Shown here one piece after another: positions 8,614 through 18,205 of a DNA stretch of 64,000 bases. The stretch's first letter is position 1. Each line of letters begins with the position of its first letter. The position numbers and the translations under genes are program-made. Source of the DNA: a virus. The notes beneath the pieces were generated by a model. That model searched no databases and was not told the origin of the DNA. It was given only the letters and a program-made list of their open reading frames with translations. Location of the stretch: positions 47,117-111,116 of the IMG/VR virus record IMGVR_UViG_3300030329_001359; one strand, written 5' to 3'.

Positions 8614-11600
8614 TTATACAGTATAAGTAACATCAACAGCAACCGCCCAAGCCCCATCTACATCTGACTCATCTAAATAATTTCTATCTCCATTATCTTC
8701 AATTTCTACTAAAGTAAAAAATGCTTCACCTTCTTCAATCGAAACCATCACAGTTCCATCTATCGTTCCTCCGTGATTATACAATACACAGCTTCCATAC
8801 GACCTTGCTCCTAACCCAGTTGCATTTCCTGATGTAAACGGCAACGAAACTCGAATTGTTCCCGATGAAGAGTTGTCTGAATCAATACTAAGAAGTCCTT
8901 GCACATGAACAAGCCTACCTATTTTTGTATATCGAAAAATATCATTTGTACTATTTACAACAAAATTGCCAGAGGTTGTTCCAGTCACAGTAGCCGTGTG
9001 TTCACCTTCTTCATAATCGTCTTGCACATTTGCTCCACCGCTTGCTGATTGAGTTGCTGGAAATGATACACCAGAACAATGAACATGAGCACCACCATCT
9101 GAACCTGCATAAACATTCAATATAGATGCATTACCAAGTGTTACTGAGTTGTCTCCAACGCCTTGTGCATCTCTACCAATGACAACTTGATTTGTAGAGT
9201 CAGCGGCAGATGTTCTTGCATTATCTCCTATGACTATATTTTGAGTACCACTTGTCAACTGTACTGTATCGTGTCCTGCTTGATGCCCAATTAAAATATT
9301 TAAAGCCCCTGTAACTCCATAACCAGCCCTATATCCTACCGCCACATTCCCATTGCCACAATTTGCAGATAAGGATTGATAGCCAACGGCAGTATTAAGT
9401 CCTCCATCATCAGTTGCATCTAAACATTGATACCCCACAGCAGTGTTCCCAGCACCAGAAGTAATCGCATTTCCTGCCGCATATCCCACTGCAACTGTCC
9501 CATCAGCGGCAGAAGTCAGGTTTGCTCCACCAGCATCTCTCCCAATTATGACTGCATTATCTACGTCTGTTGTGGCACTTCCTGCGGCTTGTCCGATGAT
9601 GACATTGCCCCCTCCAGAAGTAACTGCTACTCCTGCACTTGCACCAAGTGCTACATTATTATCGCCTGTAGTCAATGCACCTAAAGAATGTCTCCCTATT
9701 GCGACATTGTAATTTGCCCCATCAAGAGCCGCATCCATAGTATAATTTCCAATAGCAACATTATAACTTGATGCTGTATCAGCCCATGTACCACCACCAG
9801 AATCAACTCCAATAAATATATTTTCGGTGCTACCTAATGAATTATTACCAGCATTGGTATCATCCATTGCACCATAGCCGATAGCCATATTGTATCCACC
9901 AGTCGTATGAACTAAACCAGCGTTGTGACCAATAAAAGTTGAGTATCCAGCGGTTGTGAGAGCATTCATAGCCGCATATCCAAGTGCTGTATTACCAATT
10001 CCAGATGTTAAACTTTCACCAGCATCACGCCCCACAATAGTTGTTCCATTAGCATTGTTGTGATTGATGGCTGTTCCAGCATTGCGACCTATAAGCACAC
10101 AATCAGATGTTGTAGTTATCGCATCTCCTGCGTTTACTCCAATAACTGTATTTGAACCGCCTGTACTAAGAGATAACAAAGCATTTGTTCCGAGGGCTAT
10201 ATTATTATCACCTTGAGTCAATGCATTTAAGGTTGCATATCCAACGGCTGTATTATTAGTAGCATCATCTAAGGTTGCACCACCAGCAGAAACATAACCT
10301 ATAAAAGTATTATAATTTGTACCTGCATCTATGTTTAAACCTGCGGAATGCCCGAAGACTGTATTCTGTGTACCAGCATCATTATTAGATAGTGAGATTC
10401 GGGAGTTGATGTCAAATTTTGCAACAGATGTGAAAGTAAAAGTACCAGTACCAGTTGCGGCACTTCCAAATGTATGAACTCCACCTGCTTGGATATATTC
10501 ACTTGCTTCATCATCACTTATTTTTGTCCAAGCAGAACCACTATGATAAGCATTTTGTAATATTTTTAATTCGCCACTTGCACCAGCAGATGTTGTTGCT
10601 TCGATTGCTCCATTACCACCAATTTGGACAGCAGACATAGCACTATTCCAAGTTTGTGGCGTAACTCCAATTCCGACATTGCCTGAACTATCAATTCTCA
10701 TTCTTTCAGTCCAACTACCAGAACCATCAGCAGTGGTCAGGAATCTAATCCTACCCGGCATATCATTTGCTCCGGGTGTACCATCTACCTGTATTTGAAT
10801 ACCACCAGCAAATGAATTAAAATCCCCATCTCCGTCATAACCATATGCTTGAGCTTGCCACAAAGTGTCTCCATCCTGAACAATCGCTGGAGAAGCCTTT
10901 GAACCACGGGCATGTCTTCCCGCAAAATTAGGTTGACCAGCATCATTTCTATACGATGTAACAAATATTTCTGATGGCCCCCCATCCTTTACTAATTCCA
11001 GTTCAGCCGCTGGAGAATTTGTATTAATTCCAATGTTGCCATCAGCAGTAATTCTCATTTTTTCAGTTTCAGTATCATCCTTAGATGTTTTAAAACTTAT
11101 AAAAGCAGACCTTGTGCTTGAGCCTGAAAAATTCTCTTCTCTTCCAACTTGTATTTTAGCGGCTGTTCCACCATTATGTCTAAATCTAAACCCAACTAAT
11201 TCATCTGTTGAATCTCCAGCGGCACTATTATCAAGAATTATTTCTGTAGCACCACCATCTGATGCACTTACGATATGAAGAATATCACCTGGTGCTTTTG
11301 TGCCGATTCCAGTATGTCCCGACTCATTTACATATATTCCATTACCATCATCTGGGTTATCATCAATACCAAAATACGCAGTATCTGCTGAGTTTAATAA
11401 TAGCCCCATGTAAGCGGCTTTACTGGAGTGACCAACTCGTATTATTGAATGTTCTCCATTAGCATCTATCGCACTTTGAAAATTCGCTACTGTTACATCT
11501 GAATTTGCTGTAGTTTCGACATCTAATTTAAAATCGGGGCTTGTATCGCCAATTCCGACATTGCCCAATGCATCGAAGCGTACCCTCTCAATTAAACTTC

Positions 11601-13242
11601 CACCTTTAGACCTTCTTCCTGCGGGGTCGGTTGTTCCTCCGGGTTGAGTATAAAAAGCAAGACCACCAGCATATGAAACATTACCTGAATTAGTATACAT
11701 ATCAACGCCTGCGATATATCCTTGAGTCCAGTAATCAGAACCATTGTAGGTACGAAACTCAAGTAACCCTCCAGGATTATCCGTAGCACTTTGTTGGTTT
11801 ATAATCAATCCAGGTTTTTCTGAGCCATATGTTGTAACAGTTCCTTGTGCTACGCCAACTATATCAAGGCTACCCTCTGGATCATTGATACCAATACCGA
11901 CATTGCCATTAGAACCAATTCTCATCCTTTCACTTGGAGTTGCAGAACCATCAGGCGAGGTTTTAAAAACCAAATCTGCTGGCATATCTGTGCCTGTTGA
12001 TGATGTTGCTATACTAACAGCAGTTATTTCAGCCCCGAACCTATCGTTTGAACCATCAAAACCAGAAAAGTATAATGTACCTAATAGGTCTCCACCAGCA
12101 GTATTAATTGCTGACCTACTACCAACCGAACCTCTGGCTTTTGCAAAATGTAAGACCGGTCCTGTTACAGTATTTCCAGACATTTCCATTGTAATATTTC
12201 CTGCAACGGCAGCAACACCAGTTGCAACGTGAAGCCCTGTTGCTTGTATTGCAGATGCCGCTGAACCAATATTGACATTACCATTATGGTCAATGGTCAT
12301 TCTCGCATCAAGTGTAGCACTACTATTATCTGTTGTATGAAAAACTAACTTAGTACCTTCAGCACTACCCTCAGTCCACGCTTCAGTTGTTAATGCTTCT
12401 ATTCTTGCACCATATCCAAAGTTTGAATGAGCATTCTCTGTTCCTACAAATGAAATTTGCCCTAACCTTTCTCCAGATGTTATCGTACTATCATTTCTAA
12501 TTATATTTATACCAGCACCAGAAGTTGAAGATAAGGATAAGGTGTCTTGTGGATTTGAATGTCCGACACCTATATTTGCCCCAGTAAAATAAAAAGAACC
12601 AGCACCAGTATAAAATTGCATTCCATTAGCATTATTATAACTATTAAAGTACCCCCAACCATTATCATCGTAACATCCAGTCAGTATGTAATTATCACCA
12701 GAACCATGAATTTTCAACCTTTTAGTTGTTCCCTCACTTGTAAGACCGACTCCATCAATATCAATAGCATATCCTGTACTATCTTGTGTAATCTTTAATG
12801 CTGTAGCACCAGTTGCACTTGCATGGTCATTATGTACAAGCATCACATTTCGAGTATTAGTATCAGATGAATTACTTGCAACTCTTAAAGCATTTGCAGT
12901 AGTTAAACTATCTGCATCTATGTTGACAGCATCTCCAGAGGTATTAGTTGCACTTACATTAATAGCCTGTTGATTTGTTCCTTCGTGGTCTATATTTAAG
13001 GCTATAGCATTCGCATTTTGGTCAATCAAAACAGCAGTACCAGCACCTGTATTTTGTTCTACCTCAAAAGCAGTACTTGCGGCAGTATTAGTAATCTTCA
13101 TATCTCCAGTTAATACTTCTGAATATGAAAATCCTCCACCACCATTTACAGTTAAATCACCATCAATGGTAACATCACCAGATATTGTACCCCCTGCCGA
13201 GCCTATGTCATGTGTAATTGCGTCTGCGAAACCTCTATTCAT
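8614..13242 (-). CDS. long trimeric tail fibre / receptor-binding protein
   Basis: About 6 repeats of R(M/V)xIxxxGN(V/I)GIG...P...L, a long run of NTAVGYxAL-type 14-16-aa beta-roll (YadA-head-like) repeats, and a C-terminal DDYEEG...YTKIGRLVHV head motif. Confidence 0.9.
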   Translation of the reverse strand: MNRGFADAITHDIGSAGGTISGDVTIDGDLTVNGGGGFSYSEVLTGDMKITNTAASTAFEVEQNTGAGTAVLIDQNANAIALNIDHEGTNQQAINVSATNTSGDAVNIDADSLTTANALRVASNSSDTNTRNVMLVHNDHASATGATALKITQDSTGYAIDIDGVGLTSEGTTKRLKIHGSGDNYILTGCYDDNGWGYFNSYNNANGMQFYTGAGSFYFTGANIGVGHSNPQDTLSLSSTSGAGINIIRNDSTITSGERLGQISFVGTENAHSNFGYGARIEALTTEAWTEGSAEGTKLVFHTTDNSSATLDARMTIDHNGNVNIGSAASAIQATGLHVATGVAAVAGNITMEMSGNTVTGPVLHFAKARGSVGSRSAINTAGGDLLGTLYFSGFDGSNDRFGAEITAVSIATSSTGTDMPADLVFKTSPDGSATPSERMRIGSNGNVGIGINDPEGSLDIVGVAQGTVTTYGSEKPGLIINQQSATDNPGGLLEFRTYNGSDYWTQGYIAGVDMYTNSGNVSYAGGLAFYTQPGGTTDPAGRRSKGGSLIERVRFDALGNVGIGDTSPDFKLDVETTANSDVTVANFQSAIDANGEHSIIRVGHSSKAAYMGLLLNSADTAYFGIDDNPDDGNGIYVNESGHTGIGTKAPGDILHIVSASDGGATEIILDNSAAGDSTDELVGFRFRHNGGTAAKIQVGREENFSGSSTRSAFISFKTSKDDTETEKMRITADGNIGINTNSPAAELELVKDGGPSEIFVTSYRNDAGQPNFAGRHARGSKASPAIVQDGDTLWQAQAYGYDGDGDFNSFAGGIQIQVDGTPGANDMPGRIRFLTTADGSGSWTERMRIDSSGNVGIGVTPQTWNSAMSAVQIGGNGAIEATTSAGASGELKILQNAYHSGSAWTKISDDEASEYIQAGGVHTFGSAATGTGTFTFTSVAKFDINSRISLSNNDAGTQNTVFGHSAGLNIDAGTNYNTFIGYVSAGGATLDDATNNTAVGYATLNALTQGDNNIALGTNALLSLSTGGSNTVIGVNAGDAITTTSDCVLIGRNAGTAINHNNANGTTIVGRDAGESLTSGIGNTALGYAAMNALTTAGYSTFIGHNAGLVHTTGGYNMAIGYGAMDDTNAGNNSLGSTENIFIGVDSGGGTWADTASSYNVAIGNYTMDAALDGANYNVAIGRHSLGALTTGDNNVALGASAGVAVTSGGGNVIIGQAAGSATTDVDNAVIIGRDAGGANLTSAADGTVAVGYAAGNAITSGAGNTAVGYQCLDATDDGGLNTAVGYQSLSANCGNGNVAVGYRAGYGVTGALNILIGHQAGHDTVQLTSGTQNIVIGDNARTSAADSTNQVVIGRDAQGVGDNSVTLGNASILNVYAGSDGGAHVHCSGVSFPATQSASGGANVQDDYEEGEHTATVTGTTSGNFVVNSTNDIFRYTKIGRLVHVQGLLSIDSDNSSSGTIRVSLPFTSGNATGLGARSYGSCVLYNHGGTIDGTVMVSIEEGEAFFTLVEIEDNGDRNYLDESDVDGAWAVAVDVTYTV

Positions 13243-13252
13243 TATTTACTCC

Positions 13253-13588
13253 TTACATATGTACAATTTTTAAATATTTAGCAGAAGCTGATGTTGCTTG
13301 TTTTGCATGGAATATTATTGTATCACCAACACCTCTAGGGACTTTTAGAAATACTAATGTATTAGCTGGTATTGTTGGGTCGTTATTAGCTGAGATAGTA
13401 TCAGACGTTGATGAATCAAATCTAAATAAAATTTCTGATTCACTTTCAATGCATATTTGATTTGCGGCACTAACATCTGAAGTTACATGAGCAGCTGAAC
13501 TAATTGTTAATCTATCTTGAACGTCCCACCCTGCTGCTGTATCTACATTTAAAGATTCGTGGGCCCTGAATTTTTGAAGTGTTGCCAT
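13253..13588 (-). CDS. small virion (tail/collar) protein
   Basis: AAGGAG RBS, 111 aa, beta-rich, immediately upstream of the fibre. Confidence 0.65.
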   Translation of the reverse strand: MATLQKFRAHESLNVDTAAGWDVQDRLTISSAAHVTSDVSAANQICIESESEILFRFDSSTSDTISANNDPTIPANTLVFLKVPRGVGDTIIFHAKQATSASAKYLKIVHM

Positions 13589-13606
13589 TTACTTCTCCTT
13601 TTAATT

Positions 13607-13654
13607 TAATGCTTGTCTTGCGAGGCGAGAATGCTCCTTATACAAGCACATTAA
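13607..13654 (-). other. intergenic stem-loop
   Basis: Sense strand TGCTTGT...ACAAGCA closing stem around a GC-rich interior, just upstream of the RBS of 13588. Confidence 0.45.
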
Positions 13655-13659
13655 TTTAA

Positions 13660-14346
13660 TTACCTTACTGCAAAATTACTAACAGGAAATGTTATTGATA
13701 TTTTCCTTCTATTACTTTGGTCATCTGCAATCTTTTTATAAAAATCTCTCATAAAATATTCTTTCATATTAATATCACCTTGCTCTAATGCTACTTGAGC
13801 TTTAATATAATCTATAACAGCTAATGATAATAATCTGTTTAAATTCATATGTGATGTTTCGTCAACACTTGAATCTGCTACAGGTTTAGGTATTTGATAT
13901 ACAGTAATACTTTCTCCAGCTGATTCTGCTGTAAATGTAGAAGATGCAAAAACAAGAGTGTTGCTACCTGAGCTTATTGATGTATAAACACCATCATTGC
14001 TAGCTGAACCTATAATTCTTACTTTATCACCAGTAGCAAATCCATCGCTAGTACCAGCTCCTGTAATAGTAGTTGTAGAAAATGATATATCAGTCCCAGA
14101 TGCTCTTTTAGTTGTATCTTCTAATGACTCAGATATAAATGGCTCATATAAAGCTGTGTATTCAACTCTAAGACCATTAGTTATATCCTCATTAGGATAA
14201 ATAAGTTGACTACCGTAAAACTCAGAAGGAAGCTTTACTCTATAATTAGCTACTGTATCGCTAGCCGCTGTTTCAACCCATTGCCATAAATGTACTTTTC
14301 TACCATACAACTCATAGAACCAATTTCTATCTGTATCGTAACTCAT
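13660..14346 (-). CDS. head-tail adaptor-like protein, C-terminal half, with inserted beta domain
   Basis: WFYELYGRKVHL..YP...LRVEY...LAVIDYIKA..EQGD...YFMRDF pattern of podovirus adaptor/ring proteins. Insert GFATGDKVRIIGSASNDGVYT. Confidence 0.55.
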   Translation of the reverse strand: MSYDTDRNWFYELYGRKVHLWQWVETAASDTVANYRVKLPSEFYGSQLIYPNEDITNGLRVEYTALYEPFISESLEDTTKRASGTDISFSTTTITGAGTSDGFATGDKVRIIGSASNDGVYTSISSGSNTLVFASSTFTAESAGESITVYQIPKPVADSSVDETSHMNLNRLLSLAVIDYIKAQVALEQGDINMKEYFMRDFYKKIADDQSNRRKISITFPVSNFAVR

Positions 14347-14624
14347 TATTCAGGGTCTGTATCTTCTCTCATAACAGATTCAGAACCTAGTCTTCTGATT
14401 CTTTTATATTTTTTATCATTAGTATCTTTTACAGATATTGATTTTACAGCAATAACGTCATTAGGAAGATGATACTCTCTTTGACCATCTATGATATTTT
14501 GTTTGTCTTCTACTAATTCTTCAAAATTACCAGATTTAATTATATTAATAGCGTCTTCTATCCATGACTTAACCAATAAAGTATTTTTACCGCCAGTACG
14601 TTCCATTACTTCTAATACAGTCAT
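14346..14624 (-). CDS. head-tail adaptor-like protein, N-terminal half
   Basis: MTVLEVMER...WIEDAINII...DGQREYHLPND motif typical of adaptor N-termini. TAATG overlap with the next ORF. Confidence 0.55.
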   Translation of the reverse strand: MTVLEVMERTGGKNTLLVKSWIEDAINIIKSGNFEELVEDKQNIIDGQREYHLPNDVIAVKSISVKDTNDKKYKRIRRLGSESVMREDTDPE

Positions 14625-15112
14625 TATTGACCAGCTATCATTACGTTAACAGTTGCTTCTCTTGACCCATTGCTATAATTAGCGTCATGAATTCCAACAG
14701 AACCTACAGCTTCTCCCATATGCATAGGTATAACTACTGATTCACCAGGTGTCAAAGCTGCGAATATCTCACCACTAACTGTTACATTAACAACACTATC
14801 AGAACCTAATTGAGATACATATTCAACAGCTACTACATATGCAGTTGCAGGAATTGTACCATCAGTCACATCAGACGCTTCTGTCCATCCACTATCATTT
14901 AAGTAATCTACTGATGTTGCTGACACAACAACATTTTTCCAATAACATACATCATCATCATTATAAGCTGTTGATATATTATAATTTCCTCCCCATGTCC
15001 TTGAATCTGCGTTCCCATCTAATATTTTATGAGTATAAGATATTCCTTGTACTGTTACATCATTATCTTGAACCACTTCACAAGATGTATGAATTCTTAT
15101 TTGGTTTGCCAT
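14624..15112 (-). CDS. small beta-rich virion protein
   Basis: 162 aa, LTPGESVVIP and ATVNVMIAG motifs. Confidence 0.6.
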   Translation of the reverse strand: MANQIRIHTSCEVVQDNDVTVQGISYTHKILDGNADSRTWGGNYNISTAYNDDDVCYWKNVVVSATSVDYLNDSGWTEASDVTDGTIPATAYVVAVEYVSQLGSDSVVNVTVSGEIFAALTPGESVVIPMHMGEAVGSVGIHDANYSNGSREATVNVMIAGQ

Positions 15113-15115
15113 ATT

Positions 15116-16873
15116 TTACGTCCCTTCTCCAGCAGCTATTTTAGTTGCCATTGCTTGTCTAATCATTTTAGAATTATTTTGCATATAAGAATTTACCTCC
15201 AATTTTGCCCAATTATAATATTTTTCAGCTTCTTTTGCATAGTAAGCTGCGTTCTGTGTTGCAAATGTAGATTTTTGAGCTTTCTCACCAACTTCAGATG
15301 CGTACTTTTGAACATTTGAATTATATAATGCTAATTTACTTTCATATTCTTTCATATTCTTTTGTAGAGAATTAGCATAATTTTGTACTGTCTTATCTAT
15401 ATCATCCTTATATGACTGTAATTCAGTAGAATATTTTTGAATTTTTTGAGCATCATCTTGAGAACTTAACTGAGCATCTTGTATAGATATTTGTAATTGG
15501 GCCTGATATTCAGAATTCTCTTTATTAAAACTATTTAAACTATCTTGCAATTTAGACTGATATATCGCCATCTTTTGAGATTCTTCATTTTGCCAAGCTT
15601 GTACAGATGTAGATAACTCAAGTTGATACTGGGCCATTTTTTGTTGATATTGCTGTACTTCTTTAGATACATCAGATTGATAAGTTTGAACTTCAGCTGA
15701 GTATTTTTGAAGACTTGCTGCGTATTCTTGATTCTCTTTTTGTAACAACAAGTTAGTTTCTTGCTGAGCTTCTTGAGCATTTATCTGAGCTTGCTGTATA
15801 GCTTCTTGTAACTTACCTTGGTATTCTGCGTTTTCTTTATTAAACTCATTTAGTTTATTTTGCATTGCTTGAGTATAAGCATTTATATATGTAGAAATCT
15901 TTTGTATTTGAGCCGCTGCTAATTCTGTATCTTCTTCATCTTCTATTAAATGAGCAGCTGTAGACCACCATTGGTCAAATTCTATAGCATTACCATCAAA
16001 ATCATCAATAGTATTTTGTGCATCTAATTGAGTTATCGCAGTTAATTCTATAGTACTGTCACTAGCTACAAGTGGAGCTGTATAAGTAGGTGGAATACCT
16101 AAATTAGATATATTAATTGAATCTACATCAGGCGTAGTAAAACTTGGAGCTGCAGGAGCTGAAGGTGATATAGATGATATTGAAAATGTTCCAGGGTCGC
16201 TTTCACTAAGTCCACTAGAATAATATTTAAAAGCTGTCCTAGATTCTAATATTGGAGCAACATATGTAGGAGCTGTAGTACTAAAAGAAACAGAACTACT
16301 AGATAAGCTAGGAGCTGTAGGAGGAATTGATGATATATTCAAATCAGAACCAAAACTTGGATTAGATAACGGGATTGGTACTGTAATATCTGACCAATCT
16401 AAAATCTTTGAAGATGCTAATTTTGAAAATTCTTTTGAAGCTGCGTGATAAACAACAGCATTTCTTAAATCACTATCATCATCTATTTTTGAATAATCTA
16501 TATAATACACATATCCAGCATTGCTTCCATCTGTAACTGGAGCAAAATGTACAGCTCCTTGTTTATGATACCAAACTGGATGTCTAGCTGTAGCGTATTT
16601 TAAACTTGATGAATCTAATGCCCATGCAGCATCAGACATCGGTATTTCTCTGCAACTATATCCATTTCTTTGTACATCTATTATTGAATCGTTTACTGAA
16701 AATGTTATAGCAGTTCCATCAGTAGAAGCAGATGAAACTTTTTGTGCAAAACTTAATAAATTTTTTGGAATACTAGATACTATAGATTTTTGCGCAGATA
16801 TTATAAACTGGTCATTAGCATCAGATACACCAGTTATATTTTCAATATCTAGTTCTATGTTTGTTGTAGCCAT
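15116..16873 (-). CDS. adaptor-like N-terminal domain plus Pro/Ser linker plus Gln-rich repeated coiled coil
   Basis: HPVWYHKQGAVHFAP...LRNAVVYHAA domain. Internal repeats LNEFNKENAEYQ/LNSFNKENSEYQ and QKYSAEVQTY/QKYSTELQSY. Confidence 0.6.
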   Translation of the reverse strand: MATTNIELDIENITGVSDANDQFIISAQKSIVSSIPKNLLSFAQKVSSASTDGTAITFSVNDSIIDVQRNGYSCREIPMSDAAWALDSSSLKYATARHPVWYHKQGAVHFAPVTDGSNAGYVYYIDYSKIDDDSDLRNAVVYHAASKEFSKLASSKILDWSDITVPIPLSNPSFGSDLNISSIPPTAPSLSSSSVSFSTTAPTYVAPILESRTAFKYYSSGLSESDPGTFSISSISPSAPAAPSFTTPDVDSINISNLGIPPTYTAPLVASDSTIELTAITQLDAQNTIDDFDGNAIEFDQWWSTAAHLIEDEEDTELAAAQIQKISTYINAYTQAMQNKLNEFNKENAEYQGKLQEAIQQAQINAQEAQQETNLLLQKENQEYAASLQKYSAEVQTYQSDVSKEVQQYQQKMAQYQLELSTSVQAWQNEESQKMAIYQSKLQDSLNSFNKENSEYQAQLQISIQDAQLSSQDDAQKIQKYSTELQSYKDDIDKTVQNYANSLQKNMKEYESKLALYNSNVQKYASEVGEKAQKSTFATQNAAYYAKEAEKYYNWAKLEVNSYMQNNSKMIRQAMATKIAAGEGT

Positions 16874-16888
16874 TTAATCTTATCTTTA

Positions 16889-16957
16889 AATAAGGCTATG
16901 CTGTAACTCAATATTAGAAAGGAAGCTAAAAAATACCGAGAAACAGCATGCCTTATT
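16889..16957 (-). terminator. long hairpin after the capsid/decoration genes (attenuator, terminator or processing site)
   Basis: Sense AATAAGGC-ATGCTGT..CTCGGTATT pairs with AATATTGAG..ACAGCAT-A-GCCTTATT, including G-U pairs. Confidence 0.55.
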
Positions 16958-16965
16958 ATTTTGTT

Positions 16966-17388
16966 TTAGGATACTGTGAATCCTGCACTAGCGTGTTGAC
17001 ATTGACCTTTAACAAACCAATATGTACCATCGCTAATTAATTCAAGCCAATCACCAGCTGCAGCACTTGTACCAATGGTAACTGTAGTGCTTCCTGATAC
17101 ATTAGTTGAATCATTATCATCTGTAAATACACCATACAACTGTGTACTTTCAGCATTAATAGTACTAGCGGCAGTCGAATCTGTAACAATGAACTTATAA
17201 CAAACTCCAGCTTTAGGGGCTGGCAAGTTAATAGTTCTTGCTACTGTAGAATGTACAAGATACGTTCTACCGCTTTCCTTAGGTTCGAGATCATGTGTAG
17301 AAGCAGCTGAATCATTCATTCTGAAGATATATTCTCCATCTTGATAATTTGCTCTGCCTTTTATTCTAGCACCTTTACCATCAGCCAT
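16966..17388 (-). CDS. probable capsid decoration/auxiliary protein
   Basis: GGAGG RBS. INLPAP..G..YKF..GDWLELISDGTYW beta-sandwich motif, two genes after the MCP. Confidence 0.6.
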   Translation of the reverse strand: MADGKGARIKGRANYQDGEYIFRMNDSAASTHDLEPKESGRTYLVHSTVARTINLPAPKAGVCYKFIVTDSTAASTINAESTQLYGVFTDDNDSTNVSGSTTVTIGTSAAAGDWLELISDGTYWFVKGQCQHASAGFTVS

Positions 17389-17399
17389 GATTTACCTCC

Positions 17400-18197
17400 T
17401 TACTGTAATCCAGTTTCGAGCTCTTCAAGAATAATATCGCAAGAAGCTGCACTGGAGTGAAGCATAAACATGAATGGTGTAAACACATCACCAGTATCGA
17501 ATGTAACATCTGCCGTAGGAGATGTAGTTACCGCTCTTCCATCAAGGTAATATGAAGCAACACCAGCTTTAGAGATACGAACTTCTAAAGTATGTGATTC
17601 TCCATCACCCCAATTGTCAGTAGTATCAGTAGTAACAGTAGTAGCATTATTTAAAATACTTTCTACTTTAATGTCTCCACTAATTACGTTTAGACATGCT
17701 ACGTCAGTATAGTTATCCAATGCTGCATTTGAAGCTTGTGATTTTAGTCTAAAACCAAAAGCACAGTCATCTGTAACACTAACATCTTCAATACTAAACT
17801 TCAATTTAGCATAAAACGCAGGTCCGCCAATCGTAAATGAATCAATATTCTTTAGACCTTGACACCCTGGATAACTCATAGCCCATTGAAAACCTTCATC
17901 GTCAGCTTCATCACCTTCATAATTCATTCCAGTAGATGCAACTGAAGGACCGTCAATAGCCTGAGTTCCATTATATGAAGCAGCTAACTGCAAACCATAC
18001 AATGAACCTTTACCAGCTGGATACTGATGCAAAACAACATCTTGAGCAGCACCATCAGGAACGTCCCATGCTGCTCCCAATGCTCCATCATCCATTAGTA
18101 TCGGAGGTCTTTCAAATGTCCACTTATGAGTATCATTTACCAAATTGTCAATAGCGGAGCCATCTTTATTTTGTCCATACATTGGTATAGCCATCAT
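17400..18197 (-). CDS. probable capsid decoration protein (lectin/ConA-like jelly roll)
   Basis: GGAGG RBS directly after the MCP. HTLEVRI...YYLDG motif, acidic. Confidence 0.6.
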   Translation of the reverse strand: MMAIPMYGQNKDGSAIDNLVNDTHKWTFERPPILMDDGALGAAWDVPDGAAQDVVLHQYPAGKGSLYGLQLAASYNGTQAIDGPSVASTGMNYEGDEADDEGFQWAMSYPGCQGLKNIDSFTIGGPAFYAKLKFSIEDVSVTDDCAFGFRLKSQASNAALDNYTDVACLNVISGDIKVESILNNATTVTTDTTDNWGDGESHTLEVRISKAGVASYYLDGRAVTTSPTADVTFDTGDVFTPFMFMLHSSAASCDIILEELETGLQ

Positions 18198-18205
18198 CTA
18201 CCTCC

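Noticed and set aside
8614-13242. Diversity-generating retroelement targeting the tail fibre
   Set aside because: No reverse transcriptase in the window. Differences between the duplicated blocks are not adenine-specific and do not include the fibre tip.
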